From Octopus bimaculoides (taxonomy: Eukaryota): a stretch of DNA of 64,000 nucleotides. Both the position numbers and the translations under genes were made by a program. The notes under the pieces were generated by a model, which worked only from the letters and a program-made list of their open reading frames with translations, searched no databases and was not told where the DNA came from. Every line of letters begins with the position of its first letter. Within the stretch, counting starts at the first letter, position 1. Below are positions 52,246 to 64,000 of this stretch, piece after piece. The DNA lies in NCBI RefSeq assembly GCF_001194135.2, contig NC_069003.1, forward strand, positions 31,608,639 through 31,672,638. The letters run 5' to 3'.

Positions 52246-52774
52246 CTTCTTGTTTTGACATTATATGAGCGTTGTTGACAGGAAGGGCATCCAGCTTTAG
52301 AAAATCTACTTCAGCAAATTCTATGCAAGCATGGAAAAGTGTATGATAAAACGATAAATATATATATNNNNNNNNNNNNNNNNNNNNNNNNNNNNNNNNN
52401 NNNNNNNNNNNNNNNNNNNNNNNNNNNNNNNNNNNNNNNNNNNNNNNNNNNNNNNNNNNNNNNNNNNNNNNNNNNNNNNNNNNNNNNNNNNNNNNNNNNN
52501 NNNNNNNNNNNNNNNNNNNNNNNNNNNNNNNNNNNNNNNNNNNNNNNNNNNNNNNNNNNNNNNTATATATATATATATATATATATGCATATATGGGTGC
52601 AGGACATCACAAACCATAAACAACATGAAAACTGAAAACAAAAGAGTTGAATCAGCCGACAACTAATGAAGGGTCGTTCTTTATGTTACTTGTCCTGTTT
52701 TCCATTTGTTTCTCTCGTTTACAGTTTGTGACATCCTGTACTCATATATGCATATATATGTGTGTATGTATACA

Positions 52775-52809
<35 letters not shown>

Positions 52810-53389
52810 CGATTAAATGTTAAAGGCTTAAATGACACTACCACGATGTTTTGGTTCATTTGTTCTGTTGTATCACTTTGCCAATCCTGTATATGATGGT
52901 GGTGTTGGGGATAGGGGTGAAATGAAAGGACATTTACATTTGGTAGACAGACGACAGATTTTTTAGATTAAGTTTAGCTTTAACTCCTGCAACAAGAGTG
53001 AATCATGGGCCCTTCGCCTGCCTCACCAGTCTCACACACACATGCAAGCTCTTCGTTCTGTAATGGCTGTGTATTTTTCTGTGGCTGCAGCAGTACCAAA
53101 ACTTTTTATCCTGCATTCCATGAAGGAAGACACCTGTCTTCTCTCTCTCTCTGGAATTTGGTTGTGTGTGAGCGCATGTATTAGGCATTTAACAGCATAA
53201 GTCTTATATCTTTACAGTAAATATAGTTGATTTAGAGAACAAGAAACTAGGAAGGCTGTAGGGGAAGGAATAAAAACAAAGCAATAAAATAAAATCCCAC
53301 ATCTATAATAACTGGCTCTGTGTCGGTTACATCGATGAGTGTTCCAGTTGATCCGATTGATGGAACAGCCTGCTTGTGAAATTAACATG

Positions 53390-53620
53390 CAAGTGGCTGA
53401 GCACTCCATAGACACGTGTACCCTTAATGTAGTTCTCAAGAAGATTCAGTATGACACAGAATGTGACACGGCTGGCTCTTTGAAATACAAGTTCTATCCA
53501 ATTTTGCTGGCTAGGTGGACTGAAGCAACGTGAAATAAAGTGTCTTGCTCGAGGACACAACGCACCACCAGGAATCGAACTCATAACCTTGCGATTGTAA
53601 ACTGAACACCCTAACCACAT
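53390..53620 (-). mobile_element. tRNA-derived SINE related to family J, with a different 3' part
   Basis: Minus strand head GGTTAGGGTGTTCAG..GAGTTCGATTCCTGG followed by the same AAGACACTTTATTTCACGTTGC body. Confidence 0.65.
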
Positions 53621-54446
53621 GTCTAAAATAACGAGATGGTTAATCATCACATCCACTTTTCTATTCTTGCATGGGTCACCACCACTACTATCTTAGAAGA
53701 AACACTGCTGCTTCCCACCAGCGTTTGGGGGCCAGTTAGGCTATTATTTGTTTCTCTGTGTGCTATTTAAGAGGTGGTGATGGTGATTCTGTAGTAGCAG
53801 TAGTAGTACTGTGGGGTGGTTAACTATACTGATGGTGTTGTAGTTGTTCTCGGCAGTAGACAGAGTTGAAGTGAGTCCAATGTGTTTCACTGTTTGCTGG
53901 ATCGATTTCTGTCAACTTGAGCCCAAACTGTTTCCTCCTTTGTATTTATTGTCGAATGTTTGTGTTTGTGGCTAATGTCGTCTTGCTGGCACACTCACAC
54001 AAGAGTTCCGGTTTAAAAATAGTTATTGACATTCAGTCTAACTATAAAAGGGACTGAGTTGATACCTTTCGCTTTGCTGTGTCTTCTTTATGTTCTTAAG
54101 GGACAGAATGGTGAGAATAAAACAAAAGGAACATTTCTCTTTGCTTTTCTTTTATGCAAATGCTTTAACTGTAGCTTTTATTCGTTGTTAATGTGGTGAC
54201 AAAAACCCAAAGTTGTGTTTAGTGATAAACTCTTTAGTATGTTGATGATAAAAATAAAAATAAAATTGTCACAGGTGCACCTGTGGCTGTGTGGTTGAGA
54301 AGCTTGCTTCCAAACCATGTGGTCTTGAGTTCAATCCCACTGCATGGCACCTTGGGCAAGTGTCTCCTACTTACAGCCCAGGACTGACTAAATCCTTCAG
54401 TGGATTTGGTAGATGGAAAGTGAAAGAAGCCCATCATGTGTGTGTG

Positions 54447-54765
54447 AAGGTGCATTGCTCAGTGGTTAGAGTGTCGGGCTCACATTCATGAGGTAATGAG
54501 CTTGATTCCAAGACTGGGTTGTGTTCTTGAGCAAGACACTTTATTTCACGTTGCTCCAGTTCACTCAGCTGTAGAAATGAATTGCGATGTCACTGGTGCC
54601 AAGCTGTATCGGCCCCTTTGCCTTTCCCTTGGATAACACTGGTGGCACGGAGAGGGGAGGCCAGTATGCACAGGCAATGGCTGGTCTTCCATAAATAACC
54701 TTGCTCAGAATTGTGCCACATAGGGGAACTTTCTGGGTGCAACCATGACCAAGGGGTTCTTCTCC
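54447..54765 (+). mobile_element. tRNA-derived SINE family J (copies 27953-28130, 57463-57795)
   Basis: GCTCAGTGGTTAGAG head and shared body TTGAGCAAGACACTTTATTTCACGTTGCTCCAGTTCACTCAGCTGTAGAAATG. Confidence 0.75.
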
Positions 54766-55479
54766 CTTTTATATAGAGACTGTATAAGATGCACTCTTCC
54801 ATAACATAGACCTCTACTTTTACATGTATATTCTGTGGAAAAAACAAATTTAGTATGTTTTCTCATACACCATCTCACCTTGATATTCCATCCATAATAT
54901 GGCCACATTAAAGCACATGGAAAATTGTTAGATTTAAGAATAAAAAAGGCATGTCTTATATGCTGGCATATACAGTATGAGTGTGTGTGTGTGTTACTGT
55001 GTCCTTCTTGACCTCATGTGAATGTTGTAAATGAGTGTGATTGTAACTATCATGAAAGAAGTGTCCTTTGTTTACGATATTCTGTGAAAACCTGTCTGGC
55101 CATAGGAAAATATTACCTTACTTGATAACAAGTGAGAGTTGGTGACAGGAAAGGCATCCGGTCATAGAAAAAATCTGCCTGAATAAAAATTGTATTTGAC
55201 CCATGTGAGCATGGAAGAGTGGATATTAGAACGATGATGATGATAATGATGGTTTTTTCAAATTCTTTATCTAGTTTTTATTTATCAGAAATGTGGTAAT
55301 ACAAATCCAAAAAGTCACATTTAAAAATAAACTTTTTGCAACATTATTGATAAACAAACATTGTCATATTAATAAGAAAATAAGCTTTTCAGCCAACACA
55401 GTAGTGAAAATGTTGTTGAATATTGACTGTGTGTTCTTAGTCTTTTCTCATTTCTTTGCTTTTCTTTGTGTTTTTCCAG

Positions 55480-55544
55480 CGACTCAAAGAAGAAATAGCA
55501 GATGTTACAGCAGAACTGGAAAGTATGGATCTTCCCGAAGACAC
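55480..55544 (+). CDS. CYTH1: Cytohesin coiled-coil exon, equivalent to vertebrate CYTH exon 3
   Basis: Long pyrimidine tract + TTCCAG acceptor, 65-nt exon, AC|GTCAGT donor, phase 0 in and 2 out. Translates RLKEEIADVTAELESMDLPED(T), matching recalled CYTH1 RLKDEIAEVANEIENLGSTEER; in frame with the 39800 exon. Confidence 0.92.
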
Positions 55545-58500
55545 GTCAGTATTTAGTTTTTGTTGTTATTGTTGTTGATTTCTGTTTCTGAGTTCAAATT
55601 CTTCAAGGGAGGTGATTTAATAAAAAAAAAAAAAAGAAGAAAAAAAGGTAACCAGTTCAGTACTGGGTCCAACACAATCAACTTATTCTACATAAAATTC
55701 ACAGCTTTCTGCCAAAGTTAAGAGATCATTATTTTTCTTATTGAGATCACATGAAGCCAAGGCCAACTTTACTGTTTATCCTTCTAGGGTTGATAAAATA
55801 AAGTACCAACTAAATAAACAGTTGGATCCGAAGAAATTAGCAACAGTCTATATTGGCAAATGAGTGTAAACAGCACAAAGGCAGCCTAAACTAGGTTTTG
55901 CTTTGTAGAAGAAGAAAAGTCTAAAATCCCCCCTTCCCCATTGCAAACACATTTATTCCGCTTTTGATCTGTTTTAGTCCTTGGTTTAATTAAATTAAAT
56001 ATTCCCCCACCATCCAACACCATGTGTCTATTTTAGTATTGAAGGCTAGTGACTTGACAGAATTGGTGGGGCAGCTGACAAAAATACCTTGTAGTATTTA
56101 ATCATTTTAGGTTCTGAGTTCAGTTGGTAAGAAAGTAAGAAAAAAAAAAGGTCAAGTTACCGTCTCACATCATGCTGACGCATAAGGGCTGGTTTCCATG
56201 GTGTATAAATATCCCACCTGGACTTGATGCCAATCCATCACAGGATTATTCATTGTTGATTACATTATTCAATGTGTCCCCTACCCCTAATTATTAAAAT
56301 GCTAGTATTCGATTTGAAAGAGATTTGGCTGCTATTTCTAGCAGATCAAGCAGAGGCTCCCTAGTTGTCTTGAAGTGTGTGTGTAGGAGAGTGGGTGAAG
56401 TAAGGCCAATATCAATATTGTTAATTCATTGTTGACACATGTGCAGTGACCAAGGGCTCTTATGGTACATTATTACTGTACCCAAGTAAACTGTTGACCT
56501 AATTACTGGTTGACTTCAGGATTGGTTGGTTTAGTTTTAATTTTGGCCTGAGAGTGTACTAAAAAGTAGATGGCAGAGAAAAATATCTTGGTGGGGGGGG
56601 GAGACATCAACCAAGGTTTTTACCCCACCAATGTTTATATCAGGAACAACTCCCAAAGCATACAGTTTTAAAAACCATATCATTGAACTAGGCTACATAC
56701 AGCATGTATTATTTGCTTGCTTTCCAGCTGTGTCTCATAAAAATGAAGGGTTTATATTAAAATTGGATTTGTTATTTGTATCCCTTTATATATCCTCAAT
56801 TTATATCCATTTATCTATCTTCGATGATGATGATGAGCATTTGTTGCATTCATGCAAGAACTACCACCATGGGGTAGTATGAGTTTGTGTGAATGAGTTA
56901 AAAGTCTTGCTAGGCCACCTTTGCCTTTCATCTTTTCTGGGGGTCAGCAAGTGCCAGTCTACAATTATTGGGTGTGGTATGGGTAGTGTGACCCCTCCCC
57001 CAGCCCATCCTACTCTGTGGCTACTGTCCAATGACTGAAGCCAGTCAGAAAAAAAAAAAAAAACAAACATCGCAACACAATGAAAATATTTTTTCCTGTC
57101 CTCTGGTGTCTATTTATATATTCTGTCATTTTGACCTAAAAATTTAGGGAAAGTAGGGGAGAAGATTTGTTTTTATATTGCACAAAATCGATCTGGTTTT
57201 CCTCTTTGTTATACATACGGACTGTGGTAACACCCGTGTACATAGGCATGCACACACACAAACACACACACATGTATGTGTATATATGTATTTGGCTGTA
57301 TGGTAAAAAGTCTTGTTTCCCAACCTTATGGTTCCGGATTCAGTCCCACTGCAAGGCGCCTTGGTTGACCAAAGCTTTGTGAGTGGATTTGGTAGACAAA
57401 CTGAAAGAAGCTCTTCATATATGAATATACATGTATATATCTATGTGTCTGTGGCTTTGAGTGAAGGCACATGGCTCAGTGGTTAGAGCGTCAGGCTCAC
57501 GATCATGAGGTAGCGAGTTTGATTCCTGGACCAGGCTGTGTGTTGTGTTCTTGAGCAAGACATTTTATTCACTCAACTGTAGAAATGAATTGCAATGTCA
57601 CTGGTGCCAAGCTGTACCAGCCCCTTTGCCTTTTTCTTTGATAATATCAGTGGCACGGAGTGGGGAGGCTGGTATGCATGGGCAACTGTTGGTCTTTCAT
57701 AAACAACCTTGCCCAGACTTGTGCCTCAGAGGGTAACTTTCTAGGTGCAGTCACATGGTCATTTATGACTGAAGGCCGTCTATACCCTTTTTACCCCATG
57801 GCTTTGTGTTTGTCCCCCACCACCACTTGCCAGCTGGTGTTGGTTTATTCTTTTATTTGTTTCAGCCATTTGACTGCAGCCATGCTAGAGCACTGCCTTT
57901 ATTTACATCCCAGTAACTTAGTGGTTCAGCAGAAGAGACTGATGGAATATGTAATAGGTTTTTTAAAAAAATGTAAGTGCTGAGGTCAGTTTGTTCAGCT
58001 AAACTCCTCAAGGCAGTATCCTTGAATGGCTGCCATCCAATGACTGAAACAAACAAATGATAAAAGTTGTGTGTGTGTGTGTGTGTGAAAATGAATTTTG
58101 AGGCAGAAGACATTCTAGTCGATAATTATTGACTGGATTCTCTGACAATGAATAGCCTGAGTGGAAGGAAGGAAGGAAGGAAGAAAGACTTCCTTTAAAC
58201 TTCCAGTCTTCATCATCGGTCTGCAAGATCTTGCTCTCTGTTTAGTTGTCTGTTGCCCACCTCTGAATGTGTTCAGTTACATATTTCAATGGTTTTGACC
58301 AAGTTAATTAATGATGTCTGTTTTGTTCTAATTAATTACTGTCTACCAATGTCCATTAAAGAATGGCCCAGAACTAGTAATTACTTATCTTTTCTCATAT
58401 ATAGCATATATTTCTCTTNNNNNNNNNNNNNNACACAGAATGCCTTTTCTGTGCTGTATGGAATAGGAAGAAGTTCCATTCGACCAATCTCTGATATTTC

Positions 58501-58695
58501 ACATATGCTGGACTAATTAAGGTTTTTATCTCAGACGTTACTACCCTCTCCAGCCCCAGCTGAGTTGATTAAACTCGACAGACTAATGATTGTTTTCTCG
58601 TTAGCTCTATTCCTCTCACTTCCTCTTCAGCTGTTGTGCAGCTTATTTCAAACTCTTCTTCTTCTTCTTCTTCTTCTGCTGCTGCTTATGTTGAA

Positions 58696-58740
58696 ATGGC
58701 CAGTCTGTATTTAATTGGATTGCATTATTTTAAAAACGAG
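58696..58740 (+). other. Candidate internal first exon (MASLYLIGLHYFKNE) in cytohesin intron 3
   Basis: Strong GAG|GTAAGG donor after about 450 bp of non-repeat sequence. Phase 0, so not in frame with an expected phase-2 exon 4. Confidence 0.2.
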
Positions 58741-59320
58741 GTAAGGATAATGTTAGTGCCAGTGACGGACATTTTAACAGAATTTGTGGAGTGTCGGTCA
58801 AAATGCCTTGCAGTATTTAAGTTATATACCTTTAAATTCTAAGTAAGTCCATATCCACCTTGACTCAATTTTGCCGTTTATCTTTTGGGCTGGTGGGTTC
58901 CAAATAAAATGAAGACTAGGGTCAGTTTAATGGACATACAAAAGAGAGAACAAACTGCCCATGTGAAAAATTAATATTGCAATTGTTATCAATGACTGTA
59001 CCTTCTGTTCCTAATTGTGCCTGTATTAGAAATTATCATCTAAGATTGTGAGCTGGCAGAATCGTTACCATGCCCGGCAAAGTACTTATCGGCATTTTGT
59101 TCATCTTCATGTTCTGAGTTGAAATTCTGCCACAGTCATCTCTGCCTTTTATCTTTTCGGGGTCAATAAAATAAGAATCATTCGAGCACTGGGGTCAATG
59201 TAATGAACTAGCTCGCTCCTTTAAAATTTCAGGCCTTGTGCCTTGAGTAGTAAGAATTATTAATAGGGTGAGGGAATTGACAGAATCTCTCAGGTCAGTG
59301 TGTACCAGAGTAGAATTTTT

Positions 59321-59528
59321 TCACCCTTTCATTACCAAATTTCTGTTGAAATACACAATCTTTGTTGCAGTTAGTTTTGAAAATCATACAGAATTTGTGA
59401 AAATTGTTTTGCCATTATAAAGATTGTTTGACGTGAAATTTTGATGGAAGGTTTTAACTTTCATCTCTTTCAAGCATCTGTCATAAAACTAGAAGCAGGT
59501 TTAGGCATGATGGTACCAAAAAGGGTTA
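59321..59528. mobile_element. piggyBac-like MITE family G (copies ~19487-19655, 22065-22255, 22560-22770, 34125-34665, 48800-49463, 50600-50720)
   Basis: CCCTTT..TTACCA.ATTTCTGTTGAAATAC... GGTA(C/T)CAAAAGGGTTAA termini, repeated across the window. Confidence 0.7.
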
Positions 59529-61837
59529 ATGGGTCTTTTTAATAGCATTTAGTTACATCCCTTTACTTTCTGAGTTTAAATCCTGCCAAAGTTGATTTTG
59601 TGTTTCAACTTTCAACAAGCAATAAGTTAAAGTACCAGCTATATATTGGGGGAGAGGGGGTTGCTATTTCTCTTTCTTTTTCAGAATTTCTGACTTTCTG
59701 CCTTTGTTTGAGAAACCATTATTTTAAGAGGAGAATGAAACTGGCACAATTCCCTTCTCCTTCTGTAGAACTGTTTAAAATTATTCAGTTGTTAAAGATT
59801 GTCAAAGTGATTTGCCCTGTATGGGAAATGTACTTTTGTGGGGCTGTATTTCAGTCAGTATTTTCACAAGTTGGCTACAATATAGAATACAACATAGATT
59901 GTTAAGTGTGGAGGGCTTTGTCAAATCATTCTTTGCTGTTTTTTTTTTTCTTTCTTTCTGACGATAGTTTTATTCTTCTGTTTACGCAATTATATAGGAG
60001 CATGTATAGGTTTGAGGCTATGAGGTTTATTTCATAACCAAGTGGTTCTGAGATCGGTTCTGCTGTGTGGCATCTTGGAGAGATATCTTCTGCTATAGTC
60101 TTGAGTTAACTAATCAGTGCTTTGTGACTAGAATTATTTGACAGAAACCGAGAAGCCATTGTTGTGTGTGTGTCATTTCACTCATTTCACATGTCCTCAT
60201 TAACAACTTCTCAGAAAAAAAATTAGTATCTTCGTTTAAAGTCCTGAAGTTTCAGCTTTTAACATGCGAGGACCAGTGAAATGAAAAACCAAACCTTTAC
60301 TTAGAAAATAGCTAAGAAGGCCCTTGTGTGTTATTTGTGTCCCTCTTGTCCACTGCTTGACAACCAGTGTTGGTGTATTTATGTCCCTGTAACTTAACGG
60401 TTCAGCATAAGAGGCTGATAGAATAAGTACCTGGGGGTCAATCCATTTTACTAAAAATTCTTCAAGGTGGTTCCCCAGCACAGCCGCACAGTCTAATGAG
60501 TGAAACAAGCAAAAGATAGATATATCTAGGCTTACACATTATTCAATGTAATAAGAGTGGTGTGTATTTCTAGATTTCTAGCAAGTCAAGGGACCACTTA
60601 GTTGCTCCATCAGCATTTCATGGTAGAACATGTAGAATGTGGCAATGCAGTCATGTTTGAACTGCAGTTCAGTAATTTAATATGCCACATGGGGATGGTG
60701 TGAAGAACATTTAGTTGCACTTGTCTGCTTTCATTTCAGATTATAAATGAAACAAGTAGTTCTTTTTTCATTTTTTTGGGGGGGGGTTTTCTGTGTTTTT
60801 CTTGTTTTTTTTTTTACCGATTCTTACAGAGAACTTGCATTAAACATAAGAATTATGGTACTTGAGATATTCTTAACAAGTTTCCTACTCCTTTGTTATC
60901 TGTGAAGAGGTTTAGCTAAATATAAGAGGTTTTGTTTTTGTTTTGTTTTTTTTGTTTGTTGTTGTTGCTTATTGAATGACAGTTCTCTGTGGTTTATATA
61001 GCATTGTTAGAGGTGAGGTGATAACTGAAGGAGAAACAAAAGAAAGGGTGGAGTTCCTTCTTTTGGAGGAGTTGTACTGAAAGGATGGTTCAGATATTTA
61101 TTATTATTAGTCACTTGTAGAGTATGTGAGTAATTGAGTGAAGAACTGCTGCTGCTGTTGTGGTTATTTACCTGTGGAGATGAAATGTTATCTGAGATTT
61201 AATTTCTCTTTAGACTTGGAAACCTAGAGGTGTGTGTGTGTGTGTAAGTATAATATCTGTATATGTATGAATATCATATCTGTATATGTGGACATGTATA
61301 TGTAGTTTTTTAAATATAATCTATGCTCCAAATGTATTGTTCTTATTTTAAATTGTGTGTGTGTAAGCAGTAGAGGAGGAATATGAGAGATAAAGGACCA
61401 TTGGAGAGAGGGAGGGATGGAGACATAAAAGACTATAAAGGTAAGAAGAGATATAGAAAGAACTGCCTTCTGATAATGAGGTTGAGGTTTCAGAAACGGT
61501 TTTTGAAGGAAAGCCATTTTGTTTTTATAAATAGCAACAACCATTGGAGAATTCTTAATGTTCTTGAAGGGAATTTCCGTAAATAATTACAGGAATAATG
61601 AAACAGAATGAAGAAAATTAATAAATTGTATTGCCTTAATGCCATAATTAATGCTAACGAAGGTTGAGAATGGCTCTGTTTCTCATTCTCAGAGGTCAGC
61701 CTTGATCATGCAAATCTATGATCAACCCTTTAGCATTCGGATTACTTTGTCACATATAATGCATATTTATTCATATTCTTTTGAATTAATCATGGATTAT
61801 CTCATAATTTTGAGATTTTGATGATGTGATTGTTTAT

Positions 61838-62032
61838 ACAGTTCTATATTTAAGGATGAGGAATTATGTACATTATTTACATTATTTACATTTGATGGAT
61901 GTTTGTCCTCATCTTGTTTGTTATTAATTTCCCCCCATGACACCTGATGACGGCTGGAGGGTATATCAGCCAAAACGTTGTGCTAACAACAAGCAAGATG
62001 AGGACAAATATCCGTCAAATGTAAATAATGTA
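61838..62032 (+). mobile_element. Palindromic Penelope-like fragment with minimal hammerhead-ribozyme core, nested in a piggyBac-like MITE
   Basis: 9-bp direct repeat ATTGTTTAT at 61829-61837 and 62033-62041. 50-nt inverted arms 61877-61926 / 61984-62033 (46/50). Central GACAC-CTGATGA-c-GGCTG..CAGCC-AAAA-CGTT-GTGCT. Confidence 0.65.
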
Positions 62033-63095
62033 ATTGTTTATCTTTAGAATGATATTAGAGGCTGGATGTGGCCAGTTTGAACTTCAAACAGAACAAATAT
62101 TTGCGCTGGATATGGCCGGTTTAAACACTAATAGGTTAAAGATATTCTAAATATGCCACCTCTGCCATTTCTTGCTTNNNNNNNNNNNNNNNNNNNNNNN
62201 NNNNNNNNNNNNNNNNNNNNNNNNNNNNNNNNNNNNNNNNNNNNNNNNNNNNNNNNNNNNNNNNNNNNNNNNNNNNNNNNNNNNNNNNNNNNNNNNNNNN
62301 NNNNNNNNNNNNNNNNNNNNNNNNNNNNNNNNNNNNNNNNNNNNNNNNNNNNNNNNNNNNNNNNNNNNNNNNNNNNNNNNNNNNNNNNNNNNNNNNNNNN
62401 NNNNNNNNNNNNNNNNNNNNNNNNNNNNNNNNNNNNNNNNNNNNNNNNNNNNNNNNNNNNNNNNNNNNNNNNNNNNNNNNNNNNNNNNNNNNNNNNNNNN
62501 NNNNNNNNNNNNNNNNNNNCCCCCCCCCCCCCCGTCACCACTTGAAAACTGGTGTTGGTGTGTTTACTTCCCTGTAACTTAGCGGTTCAGCAAAGAGACC
62601 AATAAGTATTAGGCTTTAGAAAATAAGTCCTGGGGTCGATTTGTTTGACTAAAACCCATTCAGGGCGGTGCTCCAGCATGGCTGCAGTCAAATGACTGAA
62701 ACAAATAAAAGAATAGGTTTATATGTATATCATAATCCATGTATGGTATATATCTGGTATATAATGTGCAGTTGCAACCTGTACATAGCAGGTTTAGTTG
62801 TTGTGATTCAGCCACAGATCAGCCCCAACCTGATCCCAAAAATTTTTGAATAATATTCCAGACATTAACCATCCCATCATCTACTCAAATGTAATCTTTC
62901 TGGTACAGCATTATGCTATTTCATTATTATTTTTTTCCCTTGTCTTTTTCTCATTAGAAGGTAGTAGATATGATTTGGGAAGGTTTTGCTGTTATTTGCA
63001 GTTAGATGAGCAGTAGCATAGAAACTCCTTTGTTGGCTAATGTCTTGACTGCATGGTAATAATCAGCGGTAAAAGTGGCTGGCTTCAGTCTAGCA

Positions 63096-63405
63096 TAGGG
63101 GTTCTTAACTATTTTTGTAATTCATGGACCCCATTGTTTGCTATTTTATTCTGGTGGACCCCCACCCCCCATAGCCATTCTTCCAAAAGTCCTATTTTGT
63201 TTCTCACACATTGTGTAGGTTCAACTTCGTAAATTGTTAGAGAAAGAAACCTAGCTGTTTCTTGCAATACATACCAATGCATACATCTAAAGCAAACTGT
63301 TTTCAGAGGCCCTTAAAATACTATTGTGGATCCCCAATTTACTATTGGGAACCCCCTCCCCACCAAATCCTATATGGGACACCCTCCCCCAGTTGAAAAC
63401 CACTG
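63096..63405. mobile_element. hAT/Charlie-like MITE family H (related copies ~29088-29335, 43374-43510, 45250-45722, 63787-64000)
   Basis: (C/T)AG(G/T)GGTTCT(C/T)AAC...GTTGAAAACCACTG ends; flanks GTCTAGCA / GTCTAGAG fit an NTCTAGAN-type 8-bp site. Confidence 0.7.
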
Positions 63406-64000
63406 GTCTAGAGGTTGGCTAGTTGTGAATGAAGACTGGCAACAGATGTAGACAAAAAGCATAGTTTATTGTTGAAGGACTTAATTGTTAGCACACAGGA
63501 CAAAATATCTAGCAGCCTTTCTTCGTTTCTTCAGGCTTTTGTGTTGCCCAAATTCCATCGAGTTCAATTTTCGATCATAGGTTTGCTGTGTCAGATCCTG
63601 CAGAGACCTAAGTTGCTGGATCAGATCAGAGGTCATCAGCTCCAAGGACAGATTTATATCAACATTACAACAATTTGGGAGGGTGGGGATGAGGGTGTTT
63701 CATAGCTTCTGTGTGGTTGCTAGAAATAGCAATTAAATCTCTCTCCTCATTCTGTACTATCTTTAAAATGGAAGGATGCATTAGATTAGTGGTTCTCAAC
63801 TGGGGTCCATACAAGATTTTATTGTTAAAATTTATGTGCAATAAAATAGCTAATACTTCTGCAAATACACAAAAGATTAAAATTTATATTTTAATGTTTT
63901 TACACAATTCCTAATAATATAAAAGAATATTTTAAAACATCGAAAGGTTATGGAGATCCGGCAAAGTAAAATAGGAAATGGGAATCGAAGGAGTCCATAG

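Noticed and set aside
60720-61230. Acceptor-like sites TTTCATTTCAG (~60739) and TTCTCTTTAG (~61212) as possible cytohesin exon 4
   Set aside because: Neither encodes the expected GxKKFNMDPKK motif; exon 4 is beyond the window or in the 62178-62519 gap.

Overview
Eukaryotic, AT-rich draft sequence with many microsatellites and several N-gaps. The SINE/MITE families look like those of octopod cephalopods (inference from recalled repeat motifs). Nearly all ORF-track entries are microsatellite, gap or repeat artefacts. The one securely identifiable gene is a + strand cytohesin (CYTH/ARNO/steppke-type Arf-GEF). Two coiled-coil exons lie at 39800-39873 (xLTEDEQQLLMTIRGRKQQLELDIK) and 55480-55544 (RLKEEIADVTAELESMDLPEDT). 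Their splice phases (1/0, 0/2) and sequence fit vertebrate cytohesin exons 2 and 3. The Sec7-entry exon (..KKFNMDPKK) is not in the called sequence, so the gene continues past the window. The best 5' coding exon is 20719-20854, encoding MGASLSSYKGKK.., an N-myristoylation-like, polybasic N-terminus. Several weaker in-phase candidate first exons suggest multiple promoters giving different N-termini. The introns hold a decayed initiator tRNA-Met, an RTE LINE remnant, several SINE families, piggyBac/hAT/Tc1-type MITEs, a Helentron-like element, a probable solo LTR, fossil minimal hammerhead ribozymes of Penelope-like type, nested insertions with target-site duplications and two long palindromes. 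Repeat boundaries are approximate; exon and motif coordinates were counted by hand.
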